From the NCBI RefSeq assembly GCF_009914755.1, contig NC_060927.1: a stretch of DNA of 64,000 nt; one strand, written 5' to 3'. This DNA is from the human T2T-CHM13v2.0 reference genome, Homo sapiens. Position numbers and translations under genes: made by a program. Each line of letters opens with the position of its first letter. Position 1 is the first letter of the stretch. The notes under the pieces are model-generated. The model saw only the letters and a program-made list of their open reading frames with translations, searched no databases and was not told where the DNA came from. Below, piece after piece: positions 1 to 14,915 of the stretch.

Positions 1-448
1 GACACCTGGCTCTGGGCAGGGCCTTCTGGGACCTCAAGGCTTTGCCTGGCCAGATCTGACTTTAGCTGTCTGGGCCCCTTCCCACACCATGAGGCCAGCT
101 GTGAGGGACCTGTGTGAGAGGGAACCTTGGTAAAAATGGCCTGAGCAAGAGCAGGGAATGGGGGACCTCATCTCCAGCCCGCATCCTGAGAAGGAGGAAG
201 CCTCTGTGCTTTGGAAGCATTTATAAGACTTTGTGTAACCAAGGGCCACCCTTGAGGTTTCCTTGCCTTATTGCTCCCACATACCCTACTGAAAAAAAAA
301 GGGACAAAGACAGGTGATGGCTCACGAAATGGAGCTGCAGAATCTGTCCTCCCCCTCTTGTATCTCTCCTGGCTGCCAACAGAAAGACTCCTGTTCTATA
401 AGCCAGCAGCTTCATGAGGTCTGAAAATAATCCCTGAAAGAAAAAAAA

Positions 449-680
449 GTAATAATAACAATATTATGTTGAATGCCAGGCACTATGATTAACATGTGAT
501 ATATGTTGTTGTATTGAATTCTCACCATGACCTGTGAGTTAGGTACTTTAATCTCCACCCAGTTAATGAGGAAACTAAGGCTCAAAGGAGTTAAATAACC
601 TTGTCCATGTTCACACTGCCAGAAAGAGGTTGAGTCAGTACCTCCTGTCTGACTGCAAAGCCTGTATTCTTAACCTCTGA
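449..680 (-). mobile_element. MIR SINE
   Basis: Reverse-complement MIR core: atgaggaaactaaggctcaaaggagttaaataaccttgtccatgttcacac, plus 3' tail (gccaggcact). Confidence 0.8.
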
Positions 681-1289
681 GCTCTGTGACCCTGATAACA
701 TTGGTCACTTGCTGGGTGGGGCAGAGGAAGCCCTAGCTGCCCACACCTTCTTGTACCTGCAGCCCTTCCCCTCCACAGCTGGGACCTGTCTCAGGCTGAC
801 AACCTGCCAGAGTGACCCATCACCTCTACATATTCACCACACTCTTTCTGAACCTTTTCTGTCCAGTCAACTTCCAAGCCTCTCTTGGGCATGAGTTTCA
901 TCCCAGTGCACCTGATAAGTCCCAGGTGCTCTGCCTGAGCCTGCCCACCAGCTGCCTGAGCTCCACCATTGAAAAGAGGTGTCTCCAGGATGTTAAAGGG
1001 AGCCTCGGGTGGCAGAGCTCTCTCCTTCTTGTGCACTTCACTTCAGGTGACTCTTGAAGAGACTTGGAATTGTACCACATCTCAGGACTGGTGGCTTCTG
1101 CTCACCTCCCCACTGGAGATCAAAAGGTAATATGCTCCATCAACCACAGAGGTTCATTACTAGCCCAGTATCAAGCCAAGGGTCTGGCCAATGCTTTCAC
1201 CTGGCAGACTGCCATCAGAGGCTGCTTGGGCAACACAGACATGCAGCCTTGATCTTCACCTGTGCAAACAGCCTACGTGGCACAGCTGA

Positions 1290-1724
<435 letters not shown>

Positions 1725-4204
1725 TAGGGGTGTGCCACTGTAAAATTCTCTGGAGGAAATAAAGAAAGTAATAACATGTTAAACTATGGATTCTTCGGTA
1801 AGTTTCTATGGGCAGCCTTACTTGATGCCATTGGCAATTGTTTCTTGGTTCATTCTCTCCTGGGGCAATCACCAGGTCTGGCCTCATAACAATCCTTTTC
1901 CTACTTTTTTTTTTTTTTTCCTGAAAACCAATCCTATGAATTGGTGTGGGAAGGAACCAGTGAAAATCTCCTTGTGAAGGCTCATCATTTAGGATGTTTC
2001 TTCTTTAGAGTCCTCCTATTTGGGGGCTTTCTTGGGTAGGGGGAGTGGGGTGTGCACCAGCCAAGCCTCTATCAGGGGGTTGCCAAGCCGTCTCAAACTC
2101 TCCCCAGCCGGTTCTTTCCCCGCTGTGGGGCTTTTGGCAGAGAAGGGCCAGAGGGTGCCATTAGCTGGCTTCCCAGGAGCCGTGCGTCCTGCCTGGCTTC
2201 CCAGCTGGGTTGGATGGAGGGACATCGTGGTTAACAGATTTGCCAAAAATCATAGAGCTGGGGCTGGCTCTCCAGAGGTCAGGGATATTAAGAGCAAGCC
2301 AAAGGGCACAGAGTCCTGTTGCAAGACTGGAAGCAGCCAGGGACCCAAAGAAAGTGCCTGGGGCTAAGCATCGTCGAGCTCATCCTAGGCCTGTCTCCAC
2401 TCCCTGGAGGACGGTGAACCCATCACCACACATCCCAGGGCCTCGGTCTCCTTGTCTGTAAAGCCAGCAGGTTGGGTCATCTGAGTGGAATAGATACTAA
2501 ATTAGTCTAAGGTCCCTTCCAATGTTGTGATTCTCTGACTACTTTACAATTTGGGGGTCTGAAGACACCCCTCTACCTTTTTCCATTTGCAAGGTGTGCT
2601 GGGGCCACAACAAACCCAACCTCAGGTGCAGCGCCAGGTCCCGCCTCGTTTGTGCCTGTTCTTCCTCACATGACCTTTTGCCCCCGCCTAGCCTGTGCCA
2701 GGGCAAATGGAATTCAGACTGCTCTGATTCATTGACCTCAAAGGCAACCAAAAAAATGGCCTTGCAAAGGGGATCTGATGCCTCCAAAGCCGTGACGAGC
2801 CTTCCAGGTGGGTGGCTTTTGAAACTGCTCTCCTTCCTTGGGACCACAAAGCTTTATTTGACCAACATTCAAGTTCAAAAACTTTATTTGCCTGGAGCAA
2901 ACCCAGGAGACTTACTCTTGGAAAACTACCTTCTCCCAGGCTTCACCAGACACCTCACAGGGTGGGAGTGTGGGGTGAAACACATCACACCCATGGCCCT
3001 GTGACATTCTCATCTTCCCAGCAGGGAGAACCGGTCCCTGCCAGTGTCGAGAAGTCAAAACAAAGCTCCTTTTCCATGTGCTTTTTCTTCCTCAATGGCT
3101 TAGACTGTAAAGTCATCAGGAAGCATGGTCTAGTGCTCCAAGCTCCAGACAGACGGCTTGACCTCTGTCCTGGCGCCCTGGGCTGGCCTGGGCCAGACAC
3201 CGCACCCCCAGGACTGTTTTCCCATCTGCAAAACAACTCGGGCCTCTCTAAGCCAACACTACCTCTCACTGCAAAACACAGCCCCCTCCCTCCTCCAGGG
3301 GCAGTTGGCCTTAGAAACCAGCCCATCTTTAGGGGAAGAAATCCTTATGGGGCAGGCGGCAGCAGGGCATAGCACAGAGGAAGAAAAGAGTTCATCGTGC
3401 GCTGGAGGCTGAGGGCGTTGGGGGTTTGAGGGAAGGTGATGGTTTGGGGGAGCGTCTTTTCCACTCTCCTGGATCTGAGGTGGAAGGTCTCTGCTCTGGG
3501 CTCTGAAACGGGATGGTGTCATGTGCAGATAAACAGAGAAGCCTATTGTAGATGGCTGTTGGGTGTCTCCAGGGATCAGTAACACCTTCATCAGAGAGGA
3601 TGCTTCTGTAAGCATTCTACTTCCCTTCCCCACCCCCACCCCTTAAATAAGCAGCTGTTTCCTCCGCCCCTGTCCCTGGCCCCTCGCCGCTGCTGGGTCA
3701 TCCTGCCAACCCCGGGCTGCAGACTGACTTACCTAGTTTCAGAACTTAACTTGCCTGGATGCACTCCGTCTTCTTCTACTTTACAAGGTCTCTTTTACAT
3801 CTGCCCTTTACATAAGACCCTGCCTGACCCAGCCTCGAAGGAAAACCCATCCCCCCACCCGTGCTGGTGTTTGGAGCTCAGAAGTAGCCCTCCCAGTGAC
3901 CCCCTGCCAGGCCTCTGGTGAGCATTTTCATCTGATCCTTAATCCGCCTCCTGCCACCTTGGCCAAACACACCCAACCAGGCTGCCTGTGGTAGGCTCAC
4001 AATATCCCTGGCTCTTATGCTATCAGATAAGAAACTTCACATGCCCCAGCATCACTGACACCAGGTCTGAGGTTTTATTTGGGAAGAGGAAAGATTAATA
4101 GATGCTGGGGCAAAGAAGTCCAAGTATTTGAAGAGACAGACACCCTTGCTCTCCAAAGTAAACCGTTGTACACAATTGCATGGCCCTTAGATGAGATCTG
4201 AGAG

Positions 4205-4318
4205 AGTAGTTCTCACCCCTGGCTGCAAGTTAGAATCCAGGCTGCTCCCCAGACAGATTACATGGGAATCCGTAGGATTGACATCCAGGCATTGGCTGGC
4301 TTTGAGAGCCACTGATCT
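4205..4318. mobile_element. MER5-family hAT-Charlie MITE, internally deleted
   Basis: agtagttctcacccctggctgcaagttagaatc...tttgagagccactg termini. Confidence 0.65.
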
Positions 4319-4477
4319 AAAACAATGCCCCATTTTGCAGTTTGGGAAAGAGGGGAGAAGTGATTTGCCCCAAATTAGATGGTCACTTGGGACAGAGCCC
4401 TGAGCAGAACCTGTGTCTCCTAACTTTACATTCCTATCTCTTCCCATCATGATTTTCCCTCTGGTCGCTTTAGAAGA

Positions 4478-4648
4478 GAGGGTCTTAAACTCAGAGGCAC
4501 ATTAAACCTATGTAAGGGAACTACTGAAATATACAATGCCAGGCTTCCTGAAATTCTGGTCTCATTGCTCCGGAGTGTAGCCTGGGTATAAGTATTCAAA
4601 GTTCCTTGAGTGACTCTCATGTGTAGTCACAGTTGAATGAAGCCCTGC
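4478..4648. mobile_element. MER5B-like hAT MITE
   Basis: gggtcttaaact...ggagtgtagcctgggtat...gtgactctcatgtgtagtcacagttga resembles the MER5 body. Confidence 0.55.
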
Positions 4649-4986
4649 TTATTAAAGGCTAAACCCCTTCAGAGAGACAGAAAGACTGAGAGAGGGAGAG
4701 GCAAAAAAAAATAATAATAATACTGTGGAGGCTGGAGGAAGGAAAATTGTTCTTGTAGGAGGAATCTTGGGATCCATCAAAACAAATGATGCTTGAGCTG
4801 GATCTTGAAGCTTTCAATACTTGGAAGTGGCAAACAGCTTTTCAGGAGAGGGAACCGTGTGAGCAGCGTCCCCCAGGAAGGGATATGGGAGATGGGACAG
4901 TTAGGAATTGGACAGAACAGGCAAATTGGGACCAGCGTGTGGGAAGCTTTCAATTCACATGGGAGTGTGGCGTGAACTGTCCAGCC

Positions 4987-5169
4987 CAGTGACTTCCAAA
5001 CTCTCGCACACATCAGACTCACCTAGAGGGCTTGAACGCAGACTGCCGGGCCCACCCTCAGAGTCCCATATTCAGTGGGTCTGCGTGGGACCTGGGAATT
5101 TGCATTTCTAACAAGTTCCCAAGTAATCGTGATACTTCCGGCCTTCCCAAGACACTTTAAGAACCACTG
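4987..5169. mobile_element. MER5A hAT MITE
   Basis: cagtgacttccaaact...catcagactcacctagagggctt...gaatttgcatttctaacaagttccca...tttaagaaccactg. Confidence 0.88.
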
Positions 5170-5950
5170 TGCTAGGCAAAGGGAAATCCCAGGAAGTTTC
5201 AGATTTGAATCACTTGGAGAAACATATACACACAGAGAGAGAGAGAGAGAGTAGGGAGGAACTTCAGTAGGACAGGAACACTGATCTGGCATAGAGAGAA
5301 AATCACAGAGCAGAGCAGCCCAGAAGCGCATGCAGGCGCGGCCACTGCATTACAGAAGAAGAAAGGAGGCCCGAAGAGGGCCCGGGCAGTGGGACTGGGG
5401 AGGAAGGCGGGTTTACAGCAAGTTCAGTGGACGCGTGCACAGGACATGGTGACTGACTGGATTTGGAGGGAAGTAGGGCAGAGTCCAGGGGGAGTGACTT
5501 CTGGAAGCAGAACAGCCAAGGGGGTGCAATTCACTGAGCCGAACGGGCAAGAGGAGGGGCAGGTGTGGGAGCAGTGCCAGGGGCTTGGCTGGAACATGAA
5601 CCCGAACCCTGTTCTCAGGTGCCTGGCAAGAAGACCTCTGACTTGGGCCTAGAGTGTGCCAGAATGAAGACGGCCCTGCTCCCTAACAGTTGCTGTTTCT
5701 GCCCTAAAACTCACCTCCCAGGGGTGTTGGGTGGCAGGCGGGGGAGAGCTGAGCCAGGGTGGTGACCCATCGTGAGGTGCTTTGGGGCTGCGTCCCCTCT
5801 AGTGGACAGGCACTGGAGTCCAGCAGAGCTCTGTCTCTTCAGGTCCAGTCAGGGAGGCAAAGGAATCAAGCATTGCCATGCACTCACACTGGAACCCGCT
5901 TTGCTCCAAGCCCTCCATCTGCCTTCAGTTACAGGATGTGCTCCCTGAAG

Positions 5951-6113
5951 CAGTAGTTCCCAATCTTGGCTGCACGTTAGAATCGCCTGGCGAGCTTCAA
6001 AAATGCCTGCTACCTGGGCTGCACCCCACACCAATTAAAACAGCATTTCTGGGATAGGACCAAGGCATCTGTATATTATAAACCTCCACAAGTGCAGCCA
6101 GGGTTGAGAATTG
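5951..6113. mobile_element. MER5A1-like hAT MITE
   Basis: cagtagttcccaatcttggctgcacgttagaatcgcctgg...gtgcagccagggttgagaa. Confidence 0.8.
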
Positions 6114-7409
6114 CACCCCGAAGGGTGTACATAGGTAGCCCTCAAATAGCAGATTTATGAAAATTACATTTCCTCCTTAAGGAAATGGTTTGAATGTGTC
6201 TAACACCGCCCTACCCCACCCCACTGCCCTCCTCCCACACAAGTGACCTGATCAAGGGACAGGCCTGGCCTTCTGAGCCACAGGCCTGCCTTGCAGGCTG
6301 GCAGGAGCTGTTGCCTATAGTCAGAGTTTATGGAAGCTGAGGCCTCTTCCTGGAAGGAGGAGACTTGAAAGCCCAAAGTCCAACGAATTTCATTCAAGGA
6401 GGCTGGACCAAACAGAGACAGAGGGGGTAGAGAGTGTATGGGGAGAGATGGGGCCTTATTCAGAGCCAAAACCAAGAGGGAGGATTTAAGGACCAGAGAG
6501 ACCCTGTGGGAGGAACAGGGATGTGGGTGACAGGAGGTGATCTGCATGAGATTTGGCAACACCAGGCAGCTCCTCACAGCTGTTCTTCAGGCATCCCAGG
6601 AGTGTGGGCAAGCCAGGAGAGGACAGAGTGCACCGGGGCTACCTCTCCTGGTCCTCCTCCCCGACTCAGAGTCCCAGGGGCAGATACAAAAGGCAAAGAG
6701 AGAAAAGGGCTGGGAAACCAACAGCATGAGGAAGCTGATGAGGGCAGGGAATGGGGGCATTCACTCCAGGGGCATATCAGGATTGAAGGGGGCCTGAAGT
6801 TTGCACAGTTGGGAGGGCTGTCTTTAAGAAAAAGAACATGACATGGCAAATGCAACTTGAGGTCCTGGGCCTGGGAAAGAGCCTGAAGTGAGGGGTCCTG
6901 GGGTGAACCTGCTCTGGCCAATAGGCTAATAATCTGGGCTAAGACTCATTGCTAAACCGTGCCCCACTTTCCAGGGTCTTGCCTTGTCTGGGACACCCCA
7001 TCAGACTAGGAGGCCAGTTGTCCATTTTATTTCTGGGAAACGAAGGAGTAAAGGAGTCTCTGTGGTCAGTCACCCAACACGCGTTGGTGGCCGTGCCACA
7101 AAGAGGTCCTCCGTGCAGTGCTGCAGGCCATTCACTCCCTCCACAGCTTCATATTAGGATCTACCATGTGTCAGGGCCGGGCTAGGCATGGCACGCATCA
7201 CAGGGTCTCAGATAGGGCGCAGCTCTCACAAATGACAAGTTCTCTGCCTGGGAGGCATGCAGGCCTCTGTGAAGGCAGGACAGAGAGAGGGAGGTAACTG
7301 CCTCAGGCAGTTAGGGTGGGCTTCCTGGAGGCTGCAAACAGAGAAGGGAGCCTGAGAGAACCTGCCTAAGTTCATCAGATCAGGGAGAGTTGGTCTTGCA
7401 GAGGGAACA

Positions 7410-7640
7410 GCCACAACAATATTTATTAAGCACCTACTATGTACCAAGTTTAGATCTGTTATATAAAGTCAATGAGTCTGTTCAACAACATCACAAATTG
7501 GGTCCTAGTATTATCCCCATTTTACAGATAAGAAAGCTGAGACACAGTGAGGCTAAGGATCTTATTCTCAGTCTCACAGCTACTTAAGTGGTGGGTATGA
7601 ATTTTAAACCCAGGTAGTCTGGCTCTAGAATCCATGCGTG
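7410..7640 (-). mobile_element. MIR, inserted within degraded L2-like sequence
   Basis: atttattaagcacctactatgt...attatccccattttacagataagaaagctgagacacag...aaacccaggtagtctggctctaga. Confidence 0.88.
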
Positions 7641-7842
7641 CACAAAGCTATGACGAGACATCCTGGAACACTTTGAGAACTGCAAGATACTCAGTGTCTC
7701 ACACACAGGAAGCACAGGGAAGACAGGCAAGCAAGGGGGCCAAAAGGGCAGGAAGGATCCTGGAGGGCCTAGAAGAACAGATAAAGAGGTTTGGGTAAGG
7801 AACGCTACCCAAAAGAGGCAGGGAAGCTACTGAAGGTTTTTA

Positions 7843-8170
<328 letters not shown>

Positions 8171-8389
8171 GATTACTCTGTATAGAAGATGTGATTAGAA
8201 ATGATAGATTAGAAGCCGTCAGATGGGAGCAGGGGATCTCTGCATATGCTATTGCAGAGTCCTGGCAATTGTGAATGGAACATCAATTGAAGCCAAGGCA
8301 CCAGCTTGAAGTTCCTCTGGTTCCAAAGACCACCTTTAACAGCCTGTGGGTGGAGTAGACAGAAGAGGATCAATCTTATGCCATATGAT

Positions 8390-8600
8390 GTGTTTTGGAC
8401 TTGGAGCCCAGAGATCTGAGTGCAGTGCCCTCCCTCCCACTGGCCACCTTCGTGGACAAAGTCAAACCCCTTCACCTCCCTGGGCCACAATTTGCTCATC
8501 TGGAAAATGAGCATAATAATTCGTGTTCTGTCTGACTCATTCGATTTTTGCGAAATTCAAATAACATCATGTATGCAAAAAATGGCCCATGACTATTATT
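8390..8600 (+). mobile_element. MIR (diverged)
   Basis: ttggacttggagcccagagatctgagt...tttgctcatctggaaaatgagcataata. Confidence 0.7.
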
Positions 8601-8934
8601 GACAATGCAATGGAAGCTTGAAATGTCTGCACAATTAACTGATGGCCTGGAGGCCAAGAATCTTCTGTTCCTGGGCTCAAGTGGTATCCTTTGCCTTGGC
8701 AATAAGCTCACAGCTGAGGCAGGTCCTTCCCACCTCTACCGACCCACCGAAGTCCTTCCCTTTCTTCAAAGCACAGCCCAAATACCGCCTCCTCCAGGAA
8801 GCCTTTCCAGAGCCATTCTTCAAGCCCCCAGCTGGAAATGACCTGTCCTTCCCCTGAAGAATGCTGCTTTCTGCTCTACTCTATGTTCCATCTGGCTGCA
8901 GTTGCTTCTGCATTCCCTCCTTCCCTCCCCATGA

Positions 8935-9265
<331 letters not shown>

Positions 9266-10432
9266 AGCTGCTGCCTTTCTTATTCCTCTTTCCATCTTCC
9301 ACTTATCCTATGTGCCAGCACAAAGGATACTCAGTGCCTTTTGGTGGCAAGATTGAAATACAGAGCAACTGAGTGAGTGGGCTTTGGACCCACAGAGAAG
9401 TCTGGGGAGACAGCAGCCCTCAGCCGGTGAAAAGGACAAGGCATGGAAGGGCCAGAGGCTTGACAGCTTCCTGCATCCTTCCAAAGTCCACTCTCCTCCA
9501 AAGACAAGCATAGAAATAATAATAAAGTAACTGTCTTCACTAACCATGATTAAGTACTTCTGTGACCATTTGCTAAGTGCTGGGGCAGAGTTGAAATTCA
9601 AATCCTTCTGGCTTAAGGACAACTTCATATTGCGTCTCATGAATGAGAGGATGACTGGTTCTTGGAGGTGTAAGGAAATAGCAGGCATGGTGAGGGAGGG
9701 CTTCTTTCCTCTGCATTGTAGGGGCTGGAGTCTGAAAATCCACAAGAGACCCTGGAATCAGTGGTCCTGCTTGTTCAGGCTTCCTCAGCCTGGAGAGTGA
9801 AGTATGAGTGACGGGTCCCCTGAGAGAAGAGCGGATGGCCACAGCATCTACAACCAGCAGTGCCCAGTGCAGGAGGAACAGCGGCTTTGCGAGCTTGTGG
9901 CTCTTCCAGACATTTCCTTATCAGCTTTCTCCTGCAAGAATCTGGGCAATCAACTGTGTTACAGGTGCCCAGCTTGATAGAAACCCTGTTTATTAAAAAA
10001 GGGTGGGGTGTAGTGGCAGTTACGCCAGTGAACTTGGCTTTGGAAATGGAGGCCTGCAAGATGACCTGTTATTGAGCCTTGAAGCCGGGGCCTGGGGCCT
10101 GCTCCCAGGGCGGGAGGACTGAGCCCAAGTGGGCAGCTAATGGGACAATTCAAACCTTGGTGGGATGCAGAAGCAGAGATCCAAAATGACCCCTACACAT
10201 CACTGGAAACCCTCCAGGATCTGCCAACTACTTCTCCTTTCTGGTTGGGCCACCAGTGGCTTTTTCTTCACCCAGAGCAGTAACTATCTGAACAAGTTGT
10301 TTTAATTAATTCTTCAGAGATGTGGATCTTGAAACAAAAGTAAAAGATCCCTCCCTCCCTCTGAGAATGAACTTATGAAAGATACAATGTCTACTGTACA
10401 AATATAGGCAGTATAGAAATTATAAAAGATAA

Positions 10433-10832
<400 letters not shown>

Positions 10833-10839
10833 GCCCTAC

Positions 10840-11170
10840 TAATAATTTTTTAACCCCTCTTTCCTGGGCCTGTTTCTGTGTATTTTAAAATATCTACTTG
10901 ATCTCACCATGTGGATGAAGTTTTCTGTCTTGCCATTTTCACTTAATAACACAAGTATTTGTCATGTTCTAACAACTTTGAATACAGATATTTTAATGGC
11001 TGCATAAGAGTCCTACCATATATTATAATTTACTTAACTTTCCCCATTGTTAGATGTTTAGGTTGTTTTCTGTTTTGATTGTCATACATAATACTATAAC
11101 TTTTAAAAATAAAATGAATCAATAATTCAAAAACAAAAACAAAAAACAATTTGGGTTGTTTTAGGATATG
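10840..11170 (-). mobile_element. Old L1 (L1ME-like) fragment
   Basis: tttaatggctgcataagagtcctacc...ttagatgtttaggttgttttctgtttt is typical of antisense L1M 3' sequence. Confidence 0.6.
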
Positions 11171-11841
11171 TCCTCCTGTCCCTCCCCTCAGCTGCTTGAG
11201 AGAAGATGGGACCCAAGACAGAAGAAGGTGTGAATGCGCAGGAGAAAACCCACAGCCTGCGAGAGGAGGGGGAAGCCGATCCCCGCCTGGCTGATCCCAG
11301 ACTCCTCTGCCGGCCCTGTTGACATTTGATGAATGCTTCCTGCGAAGATGTTTACCCAGGAGGAAATTCATCATGCTTCCCCTTCCTACCAAGAGGGTGG
11401 GAAGAGGGGCTCCATTGGCCCCATAAATTCCAGCCACTGTCTGAGCTCACCACCTCATCTCCCTGGGTGCCCCCGAAGGTGCGAGACAAAGGCATCAGAC
11501 ACAGAAAAGCCTGTGCCTGGATGTGGAGAAGCAGCCAAGAGGGGCATGTCTGTAGACACCCAAGTCTACTTGTCACTTTCATCTCCTGTTTTCTTTTTCC
11601 TCCATTTAAATTAAGTAGCTGATTGTCCTTGTTTTATCCAGGAAGCCCTAAAGGACCCACTGGCCTTTTTGTTTTTTCCTCCCTTACTGGACAAGGAGAC
11701 GGGGAGCCAATGTAGTGGCTGGATCTTCAATCGTGGGAGCCGAGGTGTCTGTGGCCCTGGAAACACCATTTGTCTCCCAGCAATTGGGCCTCTTAGTTCC
11801 ACTTTCAGTTGCACTGCCGTCTTCTCTAGGGAGGCAGTTGG

Positions 11842-12133
11842 GGCCAAGCACAGTGGCTCACCCCTGTAATCCAAGCACTTTGGGAGAACGAGGCAGCTGG
11901 ATCACCTGAGGTCAGGAGTTCGAGACCAGCCTGACCAACACGGTGGAACCCTGTCTCTACTAAATACAAAAGATTAGCTAGGCGTGGTGGCGCATGCCTT
12001 TAATCCCAGCTACTTGGGAGGCTGAGGCAGGAGAATCGTTTGAACCTGGGAGACGGAGGTTGCGGTGAGTCAAGATCATGCCGTTGCCTGGGCAACAAGA
12101 GTGAAACTCTGCCTCAAAAAAAAAAAAAAAAAA
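11842..12133 (+). mobile_element. AluS (Sp/Sq-like), small right-arm deletion
   Basis: ggccaagcacagtggctcac...gccgttgcctgggcaacaagagtgaaactc plus polyA. Confidence 0.96.
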
Positions 12134-12605
12134 GATAGGCAGTAGAAGTATTGAAGGCTTTGATATCAGGGGCCACCACAGCCAGTTCAGCGTCAGCTCT
12201 TGCTCACTCTAACCTCCAGCAGGTCCGAGAATTACTCAGAGCCAAGGCTTCCTTGTCTGTGAAACAGAGGCAGCAATACCAACTGCGGCAGTTTCCTGGG
12301 AGGGCCACGTAACAGAACGCACGGACAAATGCTTTGAAATAGTAAAATAACATGCAGGTGCTTGTTTTATTTAAGCCAAAGAAGGTGGCCAAGTACCCCA
12401 TCTATAAAATGAGTATACTGTAAGAATATCTGCCTCCCTCTTTCCTGAATGTCAGAAAGACAGAAGAGATACTATTTGCAAAAGTGTCCAAGACCTTGAG
12501 TCGGTTTTCCATTTCACCAACATCCAAACAATCAGAAAATAAAACACACCCAGAACTTGTTTCAGTTCTAAACGATGACCACCTCAGCCATCAATAATAC
12601 CCTGA

Positions 12606-12933
<328 letters not shown>

Positions 12934-13016
12934 ACTGAATTCCTTTTTAAAATCACATTCTCGTTATCTAAAAGTTCAGAAAATATGACTCTCAGAAATG
13001 TGTATCTGAAGCAACT

Positions 13017-13145
13017 CAGTGGTTTCTTTAAAAATCCAGATTCTTGCACTGGACTGAATCAGAAACCCTGGGACATAGGACAAAGGACACTGCATTTTAA
13101 CAAGCTTTTTCGGGGACTGTTTTGCTCACTAAAGTGAGAGCCACA
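13017..13145. mobile_element. MER5-family MITE fragment
   Basis: cagtggtttc...actgaatcagaaaccctggg...ctgcattttaacaagc...aaagtgagagccac. Confidence 0.7.
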
Positions 13146-13929
13146 AACTTAGAAGCCCCATATTGTGCTGCAGAAGTCGCAGAAACCTTCTCTCTTTATG
13201 CCCTTTAGCAGCCAATCCCTGAACACTCCAAAGAGAAGATTTGTGTACAGAGTATCCACTGGAGCCCAAGTCATATACGATCCCAGCCTCCAAGGCCCCA
13301 AGGTCCACAGCTCTGATTCTGGCAAAGGCAGATGGAAGAGGCTGGGTCCAGCCCCCTAGGCAGCCCATTTAGATTTGAGTCCAGACCACAGCAGAAGTTG
13401 GCACAAGAAAATGGAGCTGGTACATGATACTAAAGTAATAAATAGGGAGACTGTGTTCTGAGGGAGGGTGGTGGACCTCAGGGGACATCAGAGTCCAGGT
13501 CACAGTAGCAACAATAAAGGGAGGCAGAGAGAGGGGACACACAGGCCATCACAGATTCCAGGAATATGAGTTCTCTAAATGATTTTGATAGTTCATTTTA
13601 ATCAATATATAGTTTCCCCTGAGTTCCTGGGGACAAATCTCAATCATGGAGCCCTCAGAAGCGGTTGATGATTGTCAGGGGTCAGTGGACCTGGGGTCAG
13701 TCTACCAGGTGACAGGACCCTATGCATGACTGTTTCCATGTGGCATGACAGCTGCATGTGGAGATATCGAATTTCCCGTGAGGCTGACCTCCCACTTATT
13801 CTTCAGGATGAGCTGAGCTGTATTCCATGAGGATTGTTTGCTGTGGGTTTCAGTCATCCTGTAGGAATGTGTGAGCATCTGCAGATGAATGAACGTTCTA
13901 ATTTCTTTATGTCTGGATGGCCACCATAA

Positions 13930-14080
13930 CCCCTGAGAATGAGACAAATGAGCTCTCATCTCCATCTTTTAGGTGAACAAACTGAGGCTCAGACGAGGTT
14001 AGACTCGTTTCCTAAGCCACACAGGTTTAACGTTCATAGACAGGACTGCAGTCTTCTGGTTCAAATTTCCTTCCACTACA
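13930..14080 (-). mobile_element. MIR
   Basis: atctccatcttttaggtgaacaaactgaggctcagacgaggttagactcgtttcctaagccacacag. Confidence 0.75.
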
Positions 14081-14222
14081 GCTTTCTGATTACATCTCAG
14101 AAACTTGGCTTTCGAGATATGTCTAGAAGCTGTTTTCTCAGCACCTTGAAAATCTATGGGAGATCTTCCTTCTTGTTTTCTAGTTTAAAACAACATTCTT
14201 ATTTAATACTTTGGCATACAGT

Positions 14223-14331
14223 TACGGTGACCAACCTCTTGATTTCCCCAGGATTGCCCTGGTTTTAGCATGAAAGTCCTGCCTCCCAGGAAACCCCTCC
14301 ATCCCAGGCAATTAGAACATTGGTCACCTCA
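14223..14331. mobile_element. MER81 (hAT-Blackjack MITE)
   Basis: TIRs ggtgaccaa...ttggtcacc; body ggttttagcatgaaagtcc...gaaacccctc. Confidence 0.85.
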
Positions 14332-14714
14332 CTAGGTGATCAGACTATCTCATCCTCTCAGGGAGTCCCCAGCTGCAGGCCTCTGACTTCCCATCTGAGC
14401 TCTGACTCACTCACTTCCAGCTTCTGCCTCCCCAAGAATTCAGACTCTTCAGAGCAAATACAACACCGAGAAATCATTCTCCACTCAGCTAAGCACATTC
14501 GGTGAGCTTCTGATTGCAATGGACATCTTAGCAATGTAAGAGAATGTACACAGAAATATCAGATTTATTAGCACCAATGTCCAAATGGCCATATATCAAA
14601 AATTTGCTTTACTGAACAATGGTGCTGGAAATGAAAATATAATTGGAGACCCAGACACTATATTCTATACTTAAACTAGAAAAAAGTGAGTGTTATTTGC
14701 ATTCATTATGTCCA

Positions 14715-14915
14715 ATGGAGCAGACAATCTGGTTAAATTCTGGCTTTGCTGCTTAACAGCTGTGTGGCCTTAGGTAAGTTGCCTAATGTCTCTCTGTACC
14801 TCAGTTTCCTCATGTGTAAAATGGAAACGATAGCATCTACTTTACAGCGTTATGATGAGAATTAATACATATAAGTCACTAGAGAGTGCCTGCAGTAAAC
14901 GAGGTTAGCTATTGT
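14715..14915 (+). mobile_element. MIR
   Basis: cagctgtgtggccttaggtaagttgcctaatgtctctctgtacctcagtttcctcatgtgtaaaatgg...gttagctatt. Confidence 0.9.

Noticed and set aside
5790-5808. CTCF-like motifs here and CCTCCAGATGGC at 22685 and 61943
   Set aside because: Each misses informative consensus positions; the latter two are equally explained as CAGATGG E-boxes.
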